64,000 nt of DNA from Antedon mediterranea (lineage: Eukaryota; Animalia; Echinodermata): assembly GCF_964355755.1 (NCBI RefSeq), contig NC_092677.1, positions 1,324,101 to 1,388,100 on the forward strand, written 5' to 3'. Each line of letters starts with the position of its first letter. The first letter of the stretch is position 1. The notes under the pieces are model-generated. The model saw only the letters and a program-made list of their open reading frames with translations, was not told the DNA's origin and made no database searches. The translations under genes were made by a program, and so were the position numbers. Shown here in pieces: positions 20,001 through 34,039 of the stretch.

Positions 20001-23000
20001 ATACTGTATACAAATGACTTAATTATTATCTGAATTAAAATTGAAATACATTCTCACTCATTTCACAATACAAAAATGAATGTATAATGACAACAATTTA
20101 ATGAAAAAATATAAATTGATATTTAAATTAACTTGTATACTGTGTCTACAGTATACTATCACAATAAAACCACCACAAATCCCAAAATGCCAAGATATTT
20201 TGTTTCATTTTTTAGCAACATACATGGGATCATAACACAATTCTGGCTTTGGAACAGGGGAGTTAACTGTATAATAGAAAAACAGGTTAGAAAGTGAGCC
20301 CTGATTTTTACACCATAGAAATCATATTGAAATTTACAACACCAGTATTTTGAATAAAAAGCAAGTAAAATGAATAAAGAGATGTACCTGTACAAAAACA
20401 ATTCATGTCAATGAATTTGAATTTATATAAATTATGCTGTATGAAATAGAATACAGAGTGATATCAACTGATTGGAAACTACTATATCACAAAGTGTAAT
20501 CTAAATCTAAAATAGGCCTACTAAATTATTACTATTGAATACTAAATAAACTAGTGCTGAACTAAAGCTGAATTCAAACTTGTTGTGAAATAGTGAAAAC
20601 TACAGTATATTAAATGAATATATAATAAATGGCGAAGGAAAATTAGGTGTAATTTGGGCTAATTACAACCAGTGTCTGAAGGTACTGTAGCTACTGTAAT
20701 CAGATTGGTTAAAAGTAGCTATACCTTTTTCTAAGCTAGCGAAAATATCATCATTAGTTTAAAATTAGAAAATGAAGCAATGGTAAATTAAGTTGAAAGT
20801 GGGAATTTGGGCCATCATAATAAAATATATATTCTAGTTCTTTTATTTACAAAAATACATATAAATATACAGATTCATAAAATTGGCCATAGCAATGTAA
20901 TTTGAAAAAAATTAAAATAAAGAATTTATACATCAAACAATACCATTTTGAACAACAATTTATGCAAAACATATAGAATAGCTCTTTAACATGAACATTT
21001 TAAGTGAAATTGCATGGGATTTGTATGAGAGAAAATGTATACAATTTGTTGCAAGCATCATTTATAACAGCAAATTATCTAAGGGACGGTGCCAAATTGG
21101 GAAGTTGACGAGTGGCCTCCCTCAAGGGCTATTACTGTATGGCGCCGCCCCTGTTATTAAAGAACATACCTAAAGTGGTAGACAATGTCATTGCAGTTAC
21201 TACACTCTCGGTTAGTGTTATATCCTCTGTGATACAAATTAAATATTAATCCATTTAAATTTGATATAATTCATTAAACACAATAATAATTTATAAAACC
21301 AACATACTGTATAGGGAATTACAGTATGTTTGGTCAAAAATCAAGTACCAGTACCAACTAAACCAAAGTAAATGTAAAATGTATGCTAGCCTTGTGTTTA
21401 ATATGAAAGCAAAACCTTCTACTAAGCTTCTAATGAAAACGGTGTACATAAATCTAAGATATAAAATATTAAGTCCAGAATTGCACAAAGATAATAACAC
21501 AAACTTGTACCACAAATGACTCAACATTATCCATAATACTTGTCCATAGCATACAATAGAATCTATTGAACACAAGTGTTGGTACAGAGGTTAATTGTCA
21601 AAGCTTTATTACTAGCTATATGGTAGAAATCCGGCTATGGTATACACTCACTATTCATCAATAACTAATGACTGAGAATTAAAGGTTCAGAATATTTTTA
21701 AAGTTGATTTGGAGTGTGTAGGGAGCTAACAGAAGATTAATATAAACAAATTACAAGCTACAGTAAGTAATACTACAGTATTTCAACTTGAGGATATAAA
21801 TGTTATCATGTTAAATTGTTGGGTACTGTAATTAACAGGAACTGTTCACACATTATTTTTAACGGGACTTAAAAATATCAAATAAAAAGTATGCATGGTA
21901 TTATTTTACCATTTCGGTTTGGGGTGGTGGAGAAATTAAAACATTTTTAACATTTTAACTTTCAATTGAAAAAAATGGAATACAACTGGTGCACAATTAA
22001 CCAAAACATTAATTTCTATTTTTCAATGGTTTTGCTATGGTTAATAATTTAACCCATGTCATCATAGTTCAATAATATATAATTAGTATATAATTATAAA
22101 TTAGTGTTCAATAATTAAGTTCTAAATCAGCGGAGAAGGTTCCCAAGATAATGTACTGTACAAATGTACAAAGAAAGTGAGTAATATAAGCATGATAGCA
22201 TATTAAAATACAGGAGCAGGGGGTGCAAGGGGTAGGCAGCAATGTTAAGGAGGTATATGTAGTCGATTGGGTGTCTGTATGTTTTCAATATTTTTATTTT
22301 TTCACACTCATGTTGTGAGCTAAATCCCCTATCTGCCCCTGTATTCAATTATGCGTGGTACTAGTACTACTATACTTGAATGTGCCATTTATACTATACA
22401 AAAATAGCCAATTACACATTACTACTTACTTGGTGTTGACATTTGTTCTGTAGTAGGGGCTGAAAACCAAATTTATTATTACTTTTATATTAGTTCTCAT
22501 AACTTGTCTACTGTAGAATTTAGAATAGAATTTGTAAGTAAAGGCAGTACTAGCATATGAATACAAATATACATGCATACAGGCCCGTATGCAACATTTA
22601 TAATGGGGGGGTGCGAGCGAAGCGAGCAACAATGGCCGCGGCAAAATTTGCGTTATTTGACGTTCTAAAGATTGATTTAAGACTCTTTGTTGTGGCTTGG
22701 GCTAGTTGAACGATGGACACCAGAACTTAACGCTTTCATGATGTTTAAAGGCCAACTCAGACAGCTTCCTTCCGGCGCCGTATTCGATAGTGTCTGTATT
22801 TCCAGACACGTCTTTACCACCGACGGTTAAGTTGTCTGTATTTCCAGCAAATTTTCGCGTACATGAAGCGCTAATTTTAGCTATTGCTTGTCGTCACATG
22901 ATCGACTGCGCATGTTTTACATCGAGTTTGTAGTCAGTTCAGATTCCGTAATTTAATTACCGGTATTTTTTCATTTTATATTAACATATTTTTGTTTGTA

Positions 23001-26000
23001 TACCATTGATAATGTAAATTTTGTATATATATAATGATATTGTCTTTAGTTAAACAAGACAAGAAAAAATACCAACCGAGGAAATAGTGGACCTTTTGGG
23101 ACTTGGGAGGTGCGTCTGCACCCAACGCACCCCCCCTGGCCTGGCATAAAATATACTGCCATGCTTTCTATTTTGTTTTATTTTTGCAAAACCCCTCCCT
23201 CCCTTTACCACTTTATTTAATAATATTTATTCAGCAATTTTCATTGCAAATCAAGATCAACATCACAATCAATTGAATTTCTAACAAAATTAAAATCAGC
23301 GTGTCAATAACACTGATTTATATATATATATCCCAATTTTGACAGCAACACACTTAAAATAAATTGGTTCATTTTTTTTAAAACAGAACTAATTTCTTTA
23401 AATCTCTTAAAAAATTATTTGACCTCTATCATTATAAAAATTTTTGTGTAAAAATCACAATATGATTTCAATGGTTTCAAAATACATCTCACAATAAATA
23501 TATTACTTTTTTTCGACCACAGAGAAATGATAAGAAAAAAATAAAAAACAAAAGTAGCTAGAAATAAAAGTTTTAAATACTTAATAACACTCAATAATAA
23601 TTTGAAACAAAAATAATGATCAGAGCCCTTCATTTAAAAGGACACTGACACTTTTCCTGAGAGCAAAAAACAAAATTGAGGAAAGATATTGAATTATTTC
23701 CTCTTATTTATTTAAATGAAGGTTTGAATAATATATCCATGTTAAAGCTACAGGTACAAAATAAATTTTACTTACAACCTACTGAGAGTTCGAGAGGATT
23801 ACTATGTTTTCCTTCTTCTCCACTGTAAGCAGCATTCTCTGCTACACAACGATAACTTCCTGCATCCATTTGATCAACTTTATTAATAATTAATATTGAA
23901 TCAGAAGATGGATATTTTTCTCCATCAGAATCATCAATTTCAACATCATTTTGTGTCCATCTGACAGTAATTGATGTTGGTTTACCGATAAGATTAGTAC
24001 ATGTGAATTTTGCGGTGTCATTTATCATGACAGATAATGTGTCCGACTTCAAAACGGGGGTGTCCAGATCTGTAATATAGTAACATAATATTAAATAGTT
24101 AGCTTTCGCATCAAGACGGTAAGCGAAAGGGGATGGTAAACAAATGGTAATTCATACAAATATTAATCAGCACATGTGTATAAAAGCCCAGTATACTACC
24201 GTATATTTCGGTGTATAAGTCGCACTTTTGACACGCAAATTTGACCTCTAAATTAAGGGTGCGTCTTATACACCGAACATAAATGCCTCACCACACAGAT
24301 TGTACATATCGTCACCTCGTTGGCTAGGCCTGAGTAGGCTAGCGTAGGCCTAGCTTCAGTGTACTACAGTAACATAACGGCAACCTGCTTCTGCCTAGTT
24401 TTCAAGGCATTTTAGCGTGATGTTATACTAAATATGATGAAAAGATTTGTTCATTATGGAGCTGTTTTAGGCGCTCCGATAAAATTTCATTTGTAAACGT
24501 TTTGTTTGTTTTATCTTTATACTGGGTGACCTCTTCAGTCAAAGACTGATCTCCCAGAGGGCCCAGTTGGTGATCAGTGGCTGTGATGTACTAGTACACC
24601 GGGGTAACCCCCTACTCGTCTCGAAAGATGTACTAGGTTCTTTAAAGTGCACACGAGCAAGTTGTGTACACTGGACCTACGGTTTATAGTCCTTATCCGA
24701 GAAGACTCGTTCTACCACCAGAACCATGGAGTGAGTGAGCCTCGAACCCCTGCCGATGTTATGGCTACGTGATTACGGTTCCACTGTCTTAACCGCTCGG
24801 CCACTCACTCACTTAAACGTTTACGATTGGAATAGGCCTAGTATTTATTTATAGTTATACGCACGATCGCCGACCGCCGTACCCCCAGCGCAAGCCCTTC
24901 TTGGCGGCGGCCACATGGTGTACGGTATTCGACTAGTATATTCTCCCTCTCGAAATGATCGAGCGAGGCTAGCCCACACACGTGCGTGTTACACACAGTC
25001 ATGCACTCGATGTTGCGGGTGCAAAACTCATGAATAACAAGTTAGAAAGAACTTGTTGAGAAAAAACCTAAATAAAGGACGCCGTTGTAGATATAACAAA
25101 ATATATTATTACAATAATATTGATTACAATTTAAAAAAACATTGTTTTGATGAAATATAATGTGCGTCTTATACATCAACGATATAAAAAATACCGATAT
25201 TTTACTCTCAGTTAGGGGGTGCGTCTTATACACAGGTGCGACTTATACACCGAAATATACGGTATGTTTATTTGACAAATTAGATGTTGAAGGCGTTTCT
25301 CTCAAATTTGAACTTCATTCTAACACGTTGCCCTTGGATAGAAGAATATCTAGTTGGTGTGAAGAAATAAATGGTATTGTACTCTTTACAATAATTATCA
25401 AGAGCAAACTGTACCTCATTTATGTTTTCATCATGTACTGCTCTCTCTAACACAAGGGTAGAAGAGTTAAACAAACTGAAACATACATTTCATAATAATA
25501 TCTGGAGTGATTTTTCAAACACATCAATTGTAATGTTATGTTTTAGGGTCATCAACTATTTCCCTACTCAAGGAAGTAGAACTGATTTTTTATTGAAATT
25601 GAAATTGAAATTGAAATATATATTTATACTGGGTAACCTCTTCAGTCAAAGACTGGTCTCCCAGAGGGCCCAGTTGGTGATCAGTGGCTTTTGTAAACTT
25701 ACACTAAGAGGGCTTTGAAAATACGAGCCGAAATTAAACATTTCCAATCTATAGTTTAAATCTGTATTACTGAGTAAATGCTCTCATGTATTCTGTATGA
25801 TATACTTGTTTACTTTAATTGTACATCTGAAGTATAATTTTAGATTTTTATTGTTAGTACTGTTTTACTTATTGTATTGTTAATATTTTCGGGGTAATGT
25901 TTCCACTTTTACAATGTATGTGTATATTTTTATAGATTTATTTTAATGTTGTTGTTTTGTTTACACAAAGCACCTATTATCATAGAGTGCCACCGATAAA

Positions 26001-27170
26001 AAGGTGCAAGTTCAAATAAATATTATTATTATCGCGACTGTATTTGGTCCATTTAACATTTGGTCTGATAGACAGAGCAACAACAAAAAATGGCTAGTCT
26101 TCATCCTCACAAGCCTTTTTAAAAGTTCTGATTAGGTTCAACCTTTTGAACTGCTAGCCTGGCAATAGCAGAACTTCTCAAACATCCACCATGACAACGT
26201 GTCAGGAAATAAGCGTCATGCTCAGTTTATTACCGTTCCCTTCGTTTACTGTCCTGATTCGAAAACTCCCCATAATATCTTAAATTCAACAGATGGCTGA
26301 CTAACTGTATCTTTGACTTTTTTTAAATAATAGTGATTATTTTAACTACAGATATGGACACATTTATTCATACTTACATTGAACAGTAAGATTTCCATTG
26401 TTTTTACCAGATAAAGTAGCTAAATCAACAATTCTACATAGATAGTATCCATCATCAGACAACACTGTGTTTGCAATGGTGAGAGTAGTTACACCAGTTT
26501 GTGTGGTGTCAGCTGTATATCTACCATTTTGATTTGTATTTGCAGTATTAACAAGGATATCTAACTGATCTCCATCTGAATTACTATTGTACCATTGAGC
26601 AGCATTAAATGTTGAACCACTGAGTGTATAACTACAGGTGATAACAGCATCTTCACCTATTTTAACATTAGCATCTTGTACATTGACAACAGGTTCAGTT
26701 TGACCATTTATAACTATATACACAAAAAAATAAATGTACATAAAAAAAATCCATTGCTCCTGTACAAACAATAAAAAATAAACTTACTGTATGCTTTCAA
26801 ACTGTAATCACGAGTATGCCTTACTTTTTAAATTTAAGAGGCGAACAATTTATTGCACACCAAGTACATGGACCTGTTGGCAGTGTAATACTTCCATGTT
26901 TGCTATCCATGTTTTTTCTTTTTTAAATTGGCATACATACATATTTGGTTACAGTAATATACAATAATGTTGTGCATTTAATATATTATAACTTTGTGCA
27001 TTATAAATACATTGTTTTGATCAGTTATAAAACAACAAAAAATGTGTTTTATATCGATTATTATTTAGAAGTATAGTTAGCATTTATAGGAAGCATTTAT
27101 TAATACAAAATTTACCATGGAAAGTAGCAACAGCAAACAAATTAATGAGTACACAATTTCTTGTAATCAT
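17023..27170 (-). CDS. Spliced type I membrane Ig receptor (leader-IgV-Ig2-S/T stalk-TM-short tail), inverted relative to the cluster, with a unique membrane/cytoplasmic module
   Basis: Phase-1 GT-AG exons: leader 27170-27116 (MITRNCVLINLFAVATFH), IgV 26713-26378, Ig2 24069-23779, stalk 22459-22430 (PTTEQMSTP) and 21226-21170 (DITLTESVVTAMTLSTTL), 18863-18816 (FDPTDPNDGVNGGLI), TM 18083-18024 (GGVVSAVSVVLVFIGIFVCQ), 17047-17023 (YKKIACFN). The final exon is not securely identified, and the small exons are less certain than the Ig exons. Confidence 0.72.
17232..17651. mobile_element. MITE with ~32-bp TIRs
   Basis: TAGAGAGGTTTCGCAATCTTACGAATACGATA / TATCGTATTCGTAAGGTTGCGAAACCTCCCTA. Confidence 0.8.
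22580..23143. mobile_element. Probable non-autonomous DNA transposon (CAGG..CCTG ends)
   Basis: GC-rich ends CAGGCCCGTATGC..GGGGGGGTGCG and CGCACCCCCCCTGGCCTG; TSD not clear. Confidence 0.45.
24199..25262. mobile_element. Non-autonomous Tc1/mariner(pogo)-type DNA transposon
   Basis: Perfect TIRs CCGTATATTTCGGTGTATAAGTCGCAC with TA flanks; internal GGGTGCGTCTTATACAC repeats; no transposase ORF. Confidence 0.9.
24503..24813 (-). mobile_element. tRNA-derived SINE with Deu/Nin-like central domain, nested in the mariner element
   Basis: Minus strand has an A box (TGGCCGAGCGGTTAAG) and a B box (GGTTCGAGGC). Core GGATAAGGACTATAAACCGTAGGTCC..TAAAGAACC..GAGTAGGGGGTTACCCCGGTGT; TSD TAAACGTTT at 24494 and 24814. 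A second 3' fragment lies at ~25590-25690. Confidence 0.82.
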
Positions 27171-27509
27171 CTTGCATCAACCTACTAAAAGTAAAATTTT
27201 GATTAATGACTATAAATAAAATATGAATGTATTTATTATTTTTATCAATTGTTCACACAATATTCATCAATACAATAAAATAGAATACTAAATTGATAAA
27301 ATAGACTCTATTTTATCAAAACCTTGAATCTCCACAAAACATTGTATATAGGATGACGTTTTTTGGTAAGTGTACAATGATTTGGAAAAATGCCACAGAT
27401 TCGAGTAAATCGGTATGATGGTGAATAAAAAAAAAAAAATTGTCCGAGAATCAAACTTGATCAAACCAACAAAATCACGAGATTCAGGGCCGCCACACCA
27501 CACTAATAT

Positions 27510-27925
27510 GCCAACCAATCAGTTGATCAAATTCGTGTTAAACTTTGTATACGAGTTTAGCTTAGGTTTGTGATAAGGTAAAGAATTCCATGTTTTTATG
27601 ATACGTAGCTCTAATAAACGTATTAAACCAAGATTTATACAGCTTAAAAGGATGACCCCTGTGTAAATGGCCAGCAACATTTTGGAAAGTGAAAAAAATA
27701 AGAAACAAACATTTTCGAGACCATGAACAATCTTTTTCAAGATTCAATAATGTCACCTCTACTACGTCTAGCTTCGAGTGACAATAGACCCAACCTAGAA
27801 AGCCGTTCCTGTGCAGAAAGATTTTTGAATCCTGGTACTACTACTAACTTTGTTTTTGGACCTTCTCAAGTTTAATAATATCCTTCTTCAAATGCAGAGA
27901 CCGCTGTGCATATATTAAAACTAAA
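27510..27925 (-). mobile_element. Degraded CR1-like LINE 3' fragment
   Basis: Broken frames encode SLHLKKDIIKLEKVQK, RGHPFKLYK and IKTWNSLP, typical of LINE RT C-termini. Confidence 0.65.
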
Positions 27926-28561
27926 TTTTAAGAAAAACTGAAGCCATAAGAATAAAAACAAAACACACAGATAATTAATTTTGATAATGAAATATAATTT
28001 ATAAATCACTTTCCTACATTCAAGTTAATAATAATACAGACTTTAAATAACTCTAAAAAAAGTATAGACATCCCTACAACTGATTTATTAGTTAGAGGCT
28101 AGGCATATAGTATGCCTACGTACTAGACTATCTACATAGGCCTAGTGCTCGTACTAGCTTTAGAGGCTAGGCCTAATAGGCCCCTAGTAGGCCTACTTAG
28201 TACTAGAGTAGGCTAAGTGTTAGTCTTGGGATAACCTAGGCCTAGGTAGGCCTAGGGCCTAGCTAGGCCTACATAGTAGGCTAGATTAGATAGACGAAAG
28301 GTTTGAAGTAGGCGATGTTTACGTACGGATTTACGATATGAAAATGTCTCGATAAGAGAAAAAGGCATATAAGACCAAACCACCAAAAATTACAAAAATA
28401 ACGTGATGACTAAAATGCTGCCCTAATGATGTGTGTATGATCGATAAAAGACCAAACCCATTTTGTATGGCGCGCCTACAGAGAAAAAATATCATTAACT
28501 ATAAAATAATAAATATTGACATGATGACACTCAACATCAAGATATTTGACATGATACAGAT

Positions 28562-29470
28562 GGCGCTAGTTCCGTTTCGCACCTGTCGTTTATTTCGACT
28601 CAAAATTGGTTGAGTAACTTTATCGTGAGTACCACACCTTAGAATTAGGCCTCAAAAATACTTTTACGAAGGAGATCACACAAAAAGTAAAAAATAATCC
28701 TTTAAATTGATGAATTTACAGACGTGTTTCTCGCACATCGGTTCGTGAATTTTGCATACTCCATGTTCAATGTTGTTGTTTATATGGAGTGCCAAAAGAG
28801 CAATCATAATAGAGGGCTAAAAGCTCAGTAAATTGCGTATACTTAATGCATTTATTGGTGAAAATTACGTTCAATTTTATCATATTTTGTCAATGTCAAT
28901 GCAACAAAAATAATACTGTTGATACTGTACATGGTTTTTGCAGGGCAGGAACTTTTAGGAATGAAATTCGACAAATTCATCATCATATTACATGTACTGT
29001 AGGGGTATACCTGATCTAAATAATATTCCTCTTAGTCTTAGTCTTACTCTTAGGCCTAGTGTTGCTATTTGAAAACAGCAAATTATTAGCAGTAAAATGT
29101 TACAGCATTTTTATTGACAAAATAATTATATTAAAATTAAACGTACGTGTATTTCAATAATAAATGCATCAAAAGAAGACGCATTCCACTGAGTTTTTAA
29201 CCATCTATTGTTGTTGCTCTTCTGGCGCTCCATAGAAACGAAAATATTGAACTTCGAGTAGGCCTATGCTAAATTCGCGAACGGTATGCGAGAAACATGT
29301 CTGTAAAATCATCAATTTAAAGGGTTTATTTGTTACTTTTTATGTGATTCTTCTTCATAAAAGTACTTATGAGGCCCAATTTTAAGGTGTGGTATTCACA
29401 ATAAGTTGCTTAACAATTTGGAGTCAAAAGGAAGTCGAAATAAAAACAGGTGCAAAACGGAACTAGCGCC
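28562..29470. mobile_element. Non-autonomous DNA transposon with long (~185 bp) imperfect TIRs and 8-bp TSD
   Basis: GGCGCTAGTTCCGTTT.. / ..AAACGGAACTAGCGCC; TSD ATACAGAT at 28554-28561 and 29471-29478. Confidence 0.85.
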
Positions 29471-29497
29471 ATACAGATTACTAAAAATTTACAATAA

Positions 29498-30814
29498 CTA
29501 GATGGTACGCTCGCTTCGCTCGCGTACCATCTAGTTCGTGCCCACAGATGGTTCTCGAATACATAGTAATTTCAGCGTAAAAAAACTGGCGATTTCAAAT
29601 GTACGTACGGCAGGACTATAAAACATTGTCTTTTACAGAAACAAATAAATAGACACAATGATTTATGTAGTCAACCAAAATTAGCACCTAGAAACTTGTC
29701 ACAAATGAGTCCAAATTTGTTATTTGGACTCATTTAAACAAACCCAATTTTGTATCTATTAGAGTTTAGGGTTTTGTATCTAACATTAGAGTTGAGCGTT
29801 GGGGATGAGGATAGATACAAAGAGGAACAATTTTTTAATATATTCTTTATATTAAATGGTTCTTTAATATATTTCTTTATTATCCACTCTCAGTAACGAA
29901 ATATTTTTTTATAGGCCTATAAATAATATACCACTAAATAGAGTAAAACATTTCCGATTTAATACCTTATTAAAACTGTCACTGTCTTATGGTCGATTGA
30001 AATAGTAAAGTACATTTAAAGACCACTAATACGTTTATATTTTTGTAATTATTAATTAATACAAACGTTGAGAAACAACTGACAGTAATAAAGTATTATA
30101 TTATTATGTGTTTAATCTAAAAGTAGGGGCTACCCACACTCACAGTGATAAAGTTTATTAGTATATTTGTTTATATTATATTTAACAGTACCAACACACT
30201 TTTGATTCAAATGGCGATCAAAAGTGGTTAATACCTATTTGCAGTATTGTATAGCATTACAATACTATTTCTGTTTATTCTCCAAGGGTCTATAAATTTA
30301 CCTACTTGTGTTAAACCATGGAGGTATGCAAGTATGGTTAAACCAAATAATTTGGAATGTTCCATTCATCGCAAATCAATACATTTGTATAAACGTATAT
30401 TAAATCTATCAAAATAGTATTTTTTAAAGAAAATCGGCCTGTCTTCAACATTATGATACTCTACTCGAGCTGTTCAACCGGTTTTCAGCTATTAAAAGCA
30501 ATTATCGTAGGAGGAGATAGGAAAATGCGAAGTATCCTCGTATTATTGTGTACAGGTATTTTTCATGAGGACATCCATTAGACAGTGTATACCACGATCG
30601 GAAAACACCCCTATTTGGGGCAAATGGTTGAACCTAAATTCGTTTTAATCGTCAATAACTAATTATCTAACTAAATTTAATTAGTAAACAGGGTTACATC
30701 AGGTGGTTAAAATCAGTACCGAGATTATAACCAACTTTATATACCATCGAGTACACATTCTAGAAATAACGCGCGATTTACCGAATTTTGCCCTTACGTA
30801 AATTTATATATAGA
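29498..30814 (-). mobile_element. Non-autonomous Helitron-like element, copy 1 (complete)
   Basis: On the minus strand it starts A|TCTATATATAAATTTACG and ends in hairpin CTAGATGGTACGC..GCGTACCATCTAG|T, i.e. 5' TC, 3' CTAG, AT target and no TSD. Confidence 0.75.
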
Positions 30815-32612
30815 TATAAAGAAGCAATACCAAATATGGTAGGCCTAAATAGAAAAATAATGTAACTAACGATATTATTTTTTAAGACTTCAGCTCATCT
30901 CCCTCCACGGCCATTCTTGCGAACTGAAACTAATGCACGGTACTACAAACTACATATTCGCAATAATGATGGTTAAATTGTTACAGTGACAATCATTTGA
31001 CAGGGCCTTCTAAATCATCTAGTACGAACTCGAATTTTACGGTATTTTAAATAAGATTCAGAATAAGATTCACTATCTCTCTGGTATAAGATCTGAATCT
31101 GAAATTGGCTTTGAATATATGTGTTTACCAAGACCCCTTTTACCTTTATCAATTGCATCCATCTTCTGAAAAATCAAACGTCAGAATGTTCCAAATATTC
31201 TTTTTTTATTTGTCGCCCTCTTTTCAATTTATATTAACTATCAGTATAGTCAAAGATCGATCTTTGCTATACTGTATAGTTCAATCTTTTGCCATCGATT
31301 CATTTTAATTAATTTAATACAGTTGACTGTAGTATATGCACGCGCACATATATATATAATCACGATGATTAACCTATTTGATTAACAAAATAATTAACGA
31401 AAGTTTATTGTGCTTATTGATATAATGTTAACGTTAAAATAAGAAAGGAGGAGTGTAGTATATGCACGCGCACATATATATATGCGTACTGCGCATATGG
31501 TCTGACGAGGTTAGCCTACAAAACGTTCTATACTATTGTTCATGACTACTAGTTGGTTTCATTAAATACGTTCATTATTATACTCATCTCAACGTACTTA
31601 TTAATTTGTCTACGACGATACACGACATTGACATTATCCTCCAAACAGTGTTTACAGATTGTTTACTTTCTTGTTATGTAAAACTACTTGCTATAGGCCT
31701 ACTATATTGTGAACGATACATATAGGGATAGTGGGAATTAATCCAAACAATTGGACATGTACATAGTTACCACGAATAGTACTGTGTCACAAAGGAAGTA
31801 AAAACAAATGTAAATGAAACCGGATTCAGAAGACACAAGAACCACCACACCAGTCATATTATGTACTATAGAGTGTCAAGAGTGATATAATTTTGGATTT
31901 TCAGGTTGTTAGGCGCGGCGTGACCTTAACAGAAGGAATGGCGATATGTGTGTGTGCACTAATTTTCCTGATTTTCCAAATTAAAGTGAATGTAAGTAAT
32001 CATTTTTAATATAATTTTAATAACAATAAAATTTATTATGTTTAAATTAATATTACAAGTATATATAGAAGATAAGTGTGGCTTTAATTTGTTTGAATCG
32101 AAATTTAGAGTTTATGTTACCGAAACATTTAGCTTGTTGCAATTAAAGGGTAATCCGACCTGTTGTGTATAATATCACCGTGATAATATAATATTTTTTT
32201 AAAGTAAAATTTGTATTAGAATATCAAATTAATTTAGTACTGTACATTACTTGCGTTTTTTTATTGGTGAAAAAATAAGTCCCACAGGTTTAATCGGTGC
32301 ATGTTTTCAACGTTTATTAATTATTATTGTCTTTAACACTAAATAATATTTAATATACAAAAGTAATTTAATAACTAGAATTTAATTCGTCACTTTGACG
32401 AATTATAGGTGATGATCATTGTTATCCTTTTACTGAAATTAATTTTTTTTAAACATGCACGTACGTTAACATAGGATAAAAAAATGTTGATGTATACCAT
32501 CCTATTATATGCTTATAGTGCTGAGTTCTGCCTATTATATGCCATATACAATATGTACAGTATTAGGTGAAATTACGGGACACACATGTTCTAATTTTTT
32601 GGTATGATGGAA

Positions 32613-34039
32613 TCTATATATAAATTTACGTAAGGGCAAAATTCGGTAAATCGCGCCTTACTTCTAGAATTTTTACTCGATGGTATATAAAGTTGGTTCG
32701 TACTTTCGGTACTGATTTTAACCGCCTGATGTAACCCTGTTTACTAATTAAATTAAGTTAGATAATTAGTTATTGACGATTAAAACGAATTTAGGTTCAA
32801 CGATTTGCCCCAAATAGGGGTGTTTTCCGATCGTGGTATACACTGTCTAATGGATGTCCATCTTGAAAAATACCCGCCACAAAAATACGAGGAGGCTTCG
32901 CATTTTCCTATCTCCTCCTACGATAATTGTTTTTAATAGCTGAAAACTGGTTGAACAGCTAGAGTACAGCATCATAATGTTGAAGACAGGCCGATTTTCT
33001 TTAAAAAATACTATTTTGATAGATTTAATATACAATTATACAAATGTATTGATTTGCGATGAATGGAACATTCCAATCTCTGTTTCACAAGTGTCTATTC
33101 TCTCAGGCGTCGTAAAGGCAAGTACAGTACTGTATACTCGAAATTCGATCCATTTTTGTTTTCAATCTGTGCTGCAGAGGTTGGATATTATTTTTTTTAA
33201 ACGGATAAAGAGCTAGCGTTTTCACTCGCCGTATATTATGTACAAGTCTTTATTATTGCAGTTAAACCACCCACATCATCACCTTTCCCTCACTGGCATG
33301 AGTAGCGTTGTAAAACCAGTAGAGAATAGGCCTACGGTACATCACATGCCCTAAACGCAGAACAACTTTGGTGGGTAGGGTAGGAACCAACTTAAGTATG
33401 AATTGGCTCTAAGAAACAATTGAAAACCATTAGGCCTACTAATTAATTGAGTTAGATAATTTAATATTTATTGACGATTAAATCGAATTTATGATTTTCC
33501 CCGAATAGAGGTGGTTTTCACAAATTGTTTTACATTATATTATAAACATATACACGTCGTAGTGATGTATCGTTACATGTGCTGTACTATTTCAATCGAC
33601 TAGGACGGTGATAGTTTCAACAAGTATTACATCGCAATGTTTTATTGTGTTTAGTGGTATATTATTTGTAAAACATGAAAGCAATTAATATTTCGTTACT
33701 AAATGGATAAAGAATATATTTTAACATTGTTCCTCTTTGCACCCATCCTCTTCCCCATCCCTCAACCCTAATGTTACATACAAAACACAAATTAAGTTTG
33801 TTTAAATTTGACTTAAACAATTGGTCTTATTTTGTTACAAGTTTCTCTTTCGGAAGTAATAGGGTGCTAATTTTAGTTGAGTACATAAATCACAGTGTCT
33901 ATTTATTCGTTCCTGTAAACGACACACGGTATTATTGTCCTGCGGTACGTACATTTGAAATCGCCAGTTTTTTAACGCCGAAATTATTATGTATTCGAGA
34001 ACCATCTGTGGGCACGACCTAGATGGTACGCGAGCGAAG
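32613..34039 (+). mobile_element. Helitron-like element, copy 2 (3' hairpin truncated)
   Basis: Shares the first ~460 bp and last ~450 bp with copy 1 in inverted orientation; the middle differs. Confidence 0.75.

Noticed and set aside
21652-21725. Candidate minus-strand exon with GTGAG donor
   Set aside because: Stops in all frames and a length incompatible with the phase-1 neighbours.
24745-24810. tRNA gene
   Set aside because: The A and B boxes belong to a SINE head with core, tail and TSD; no complete cloverleaf.
28090-28285. Dense TAGGCCTA/CTAG palindromic tract
   Set aside because: Low-complexity simple-sequence motif scattered throughout this window; no defined structure.
31500-31530. 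Hammerhead ribozyme core (CTGACGA..)
   Set aside because: No GAAA after the putative stem II and no closing stems.
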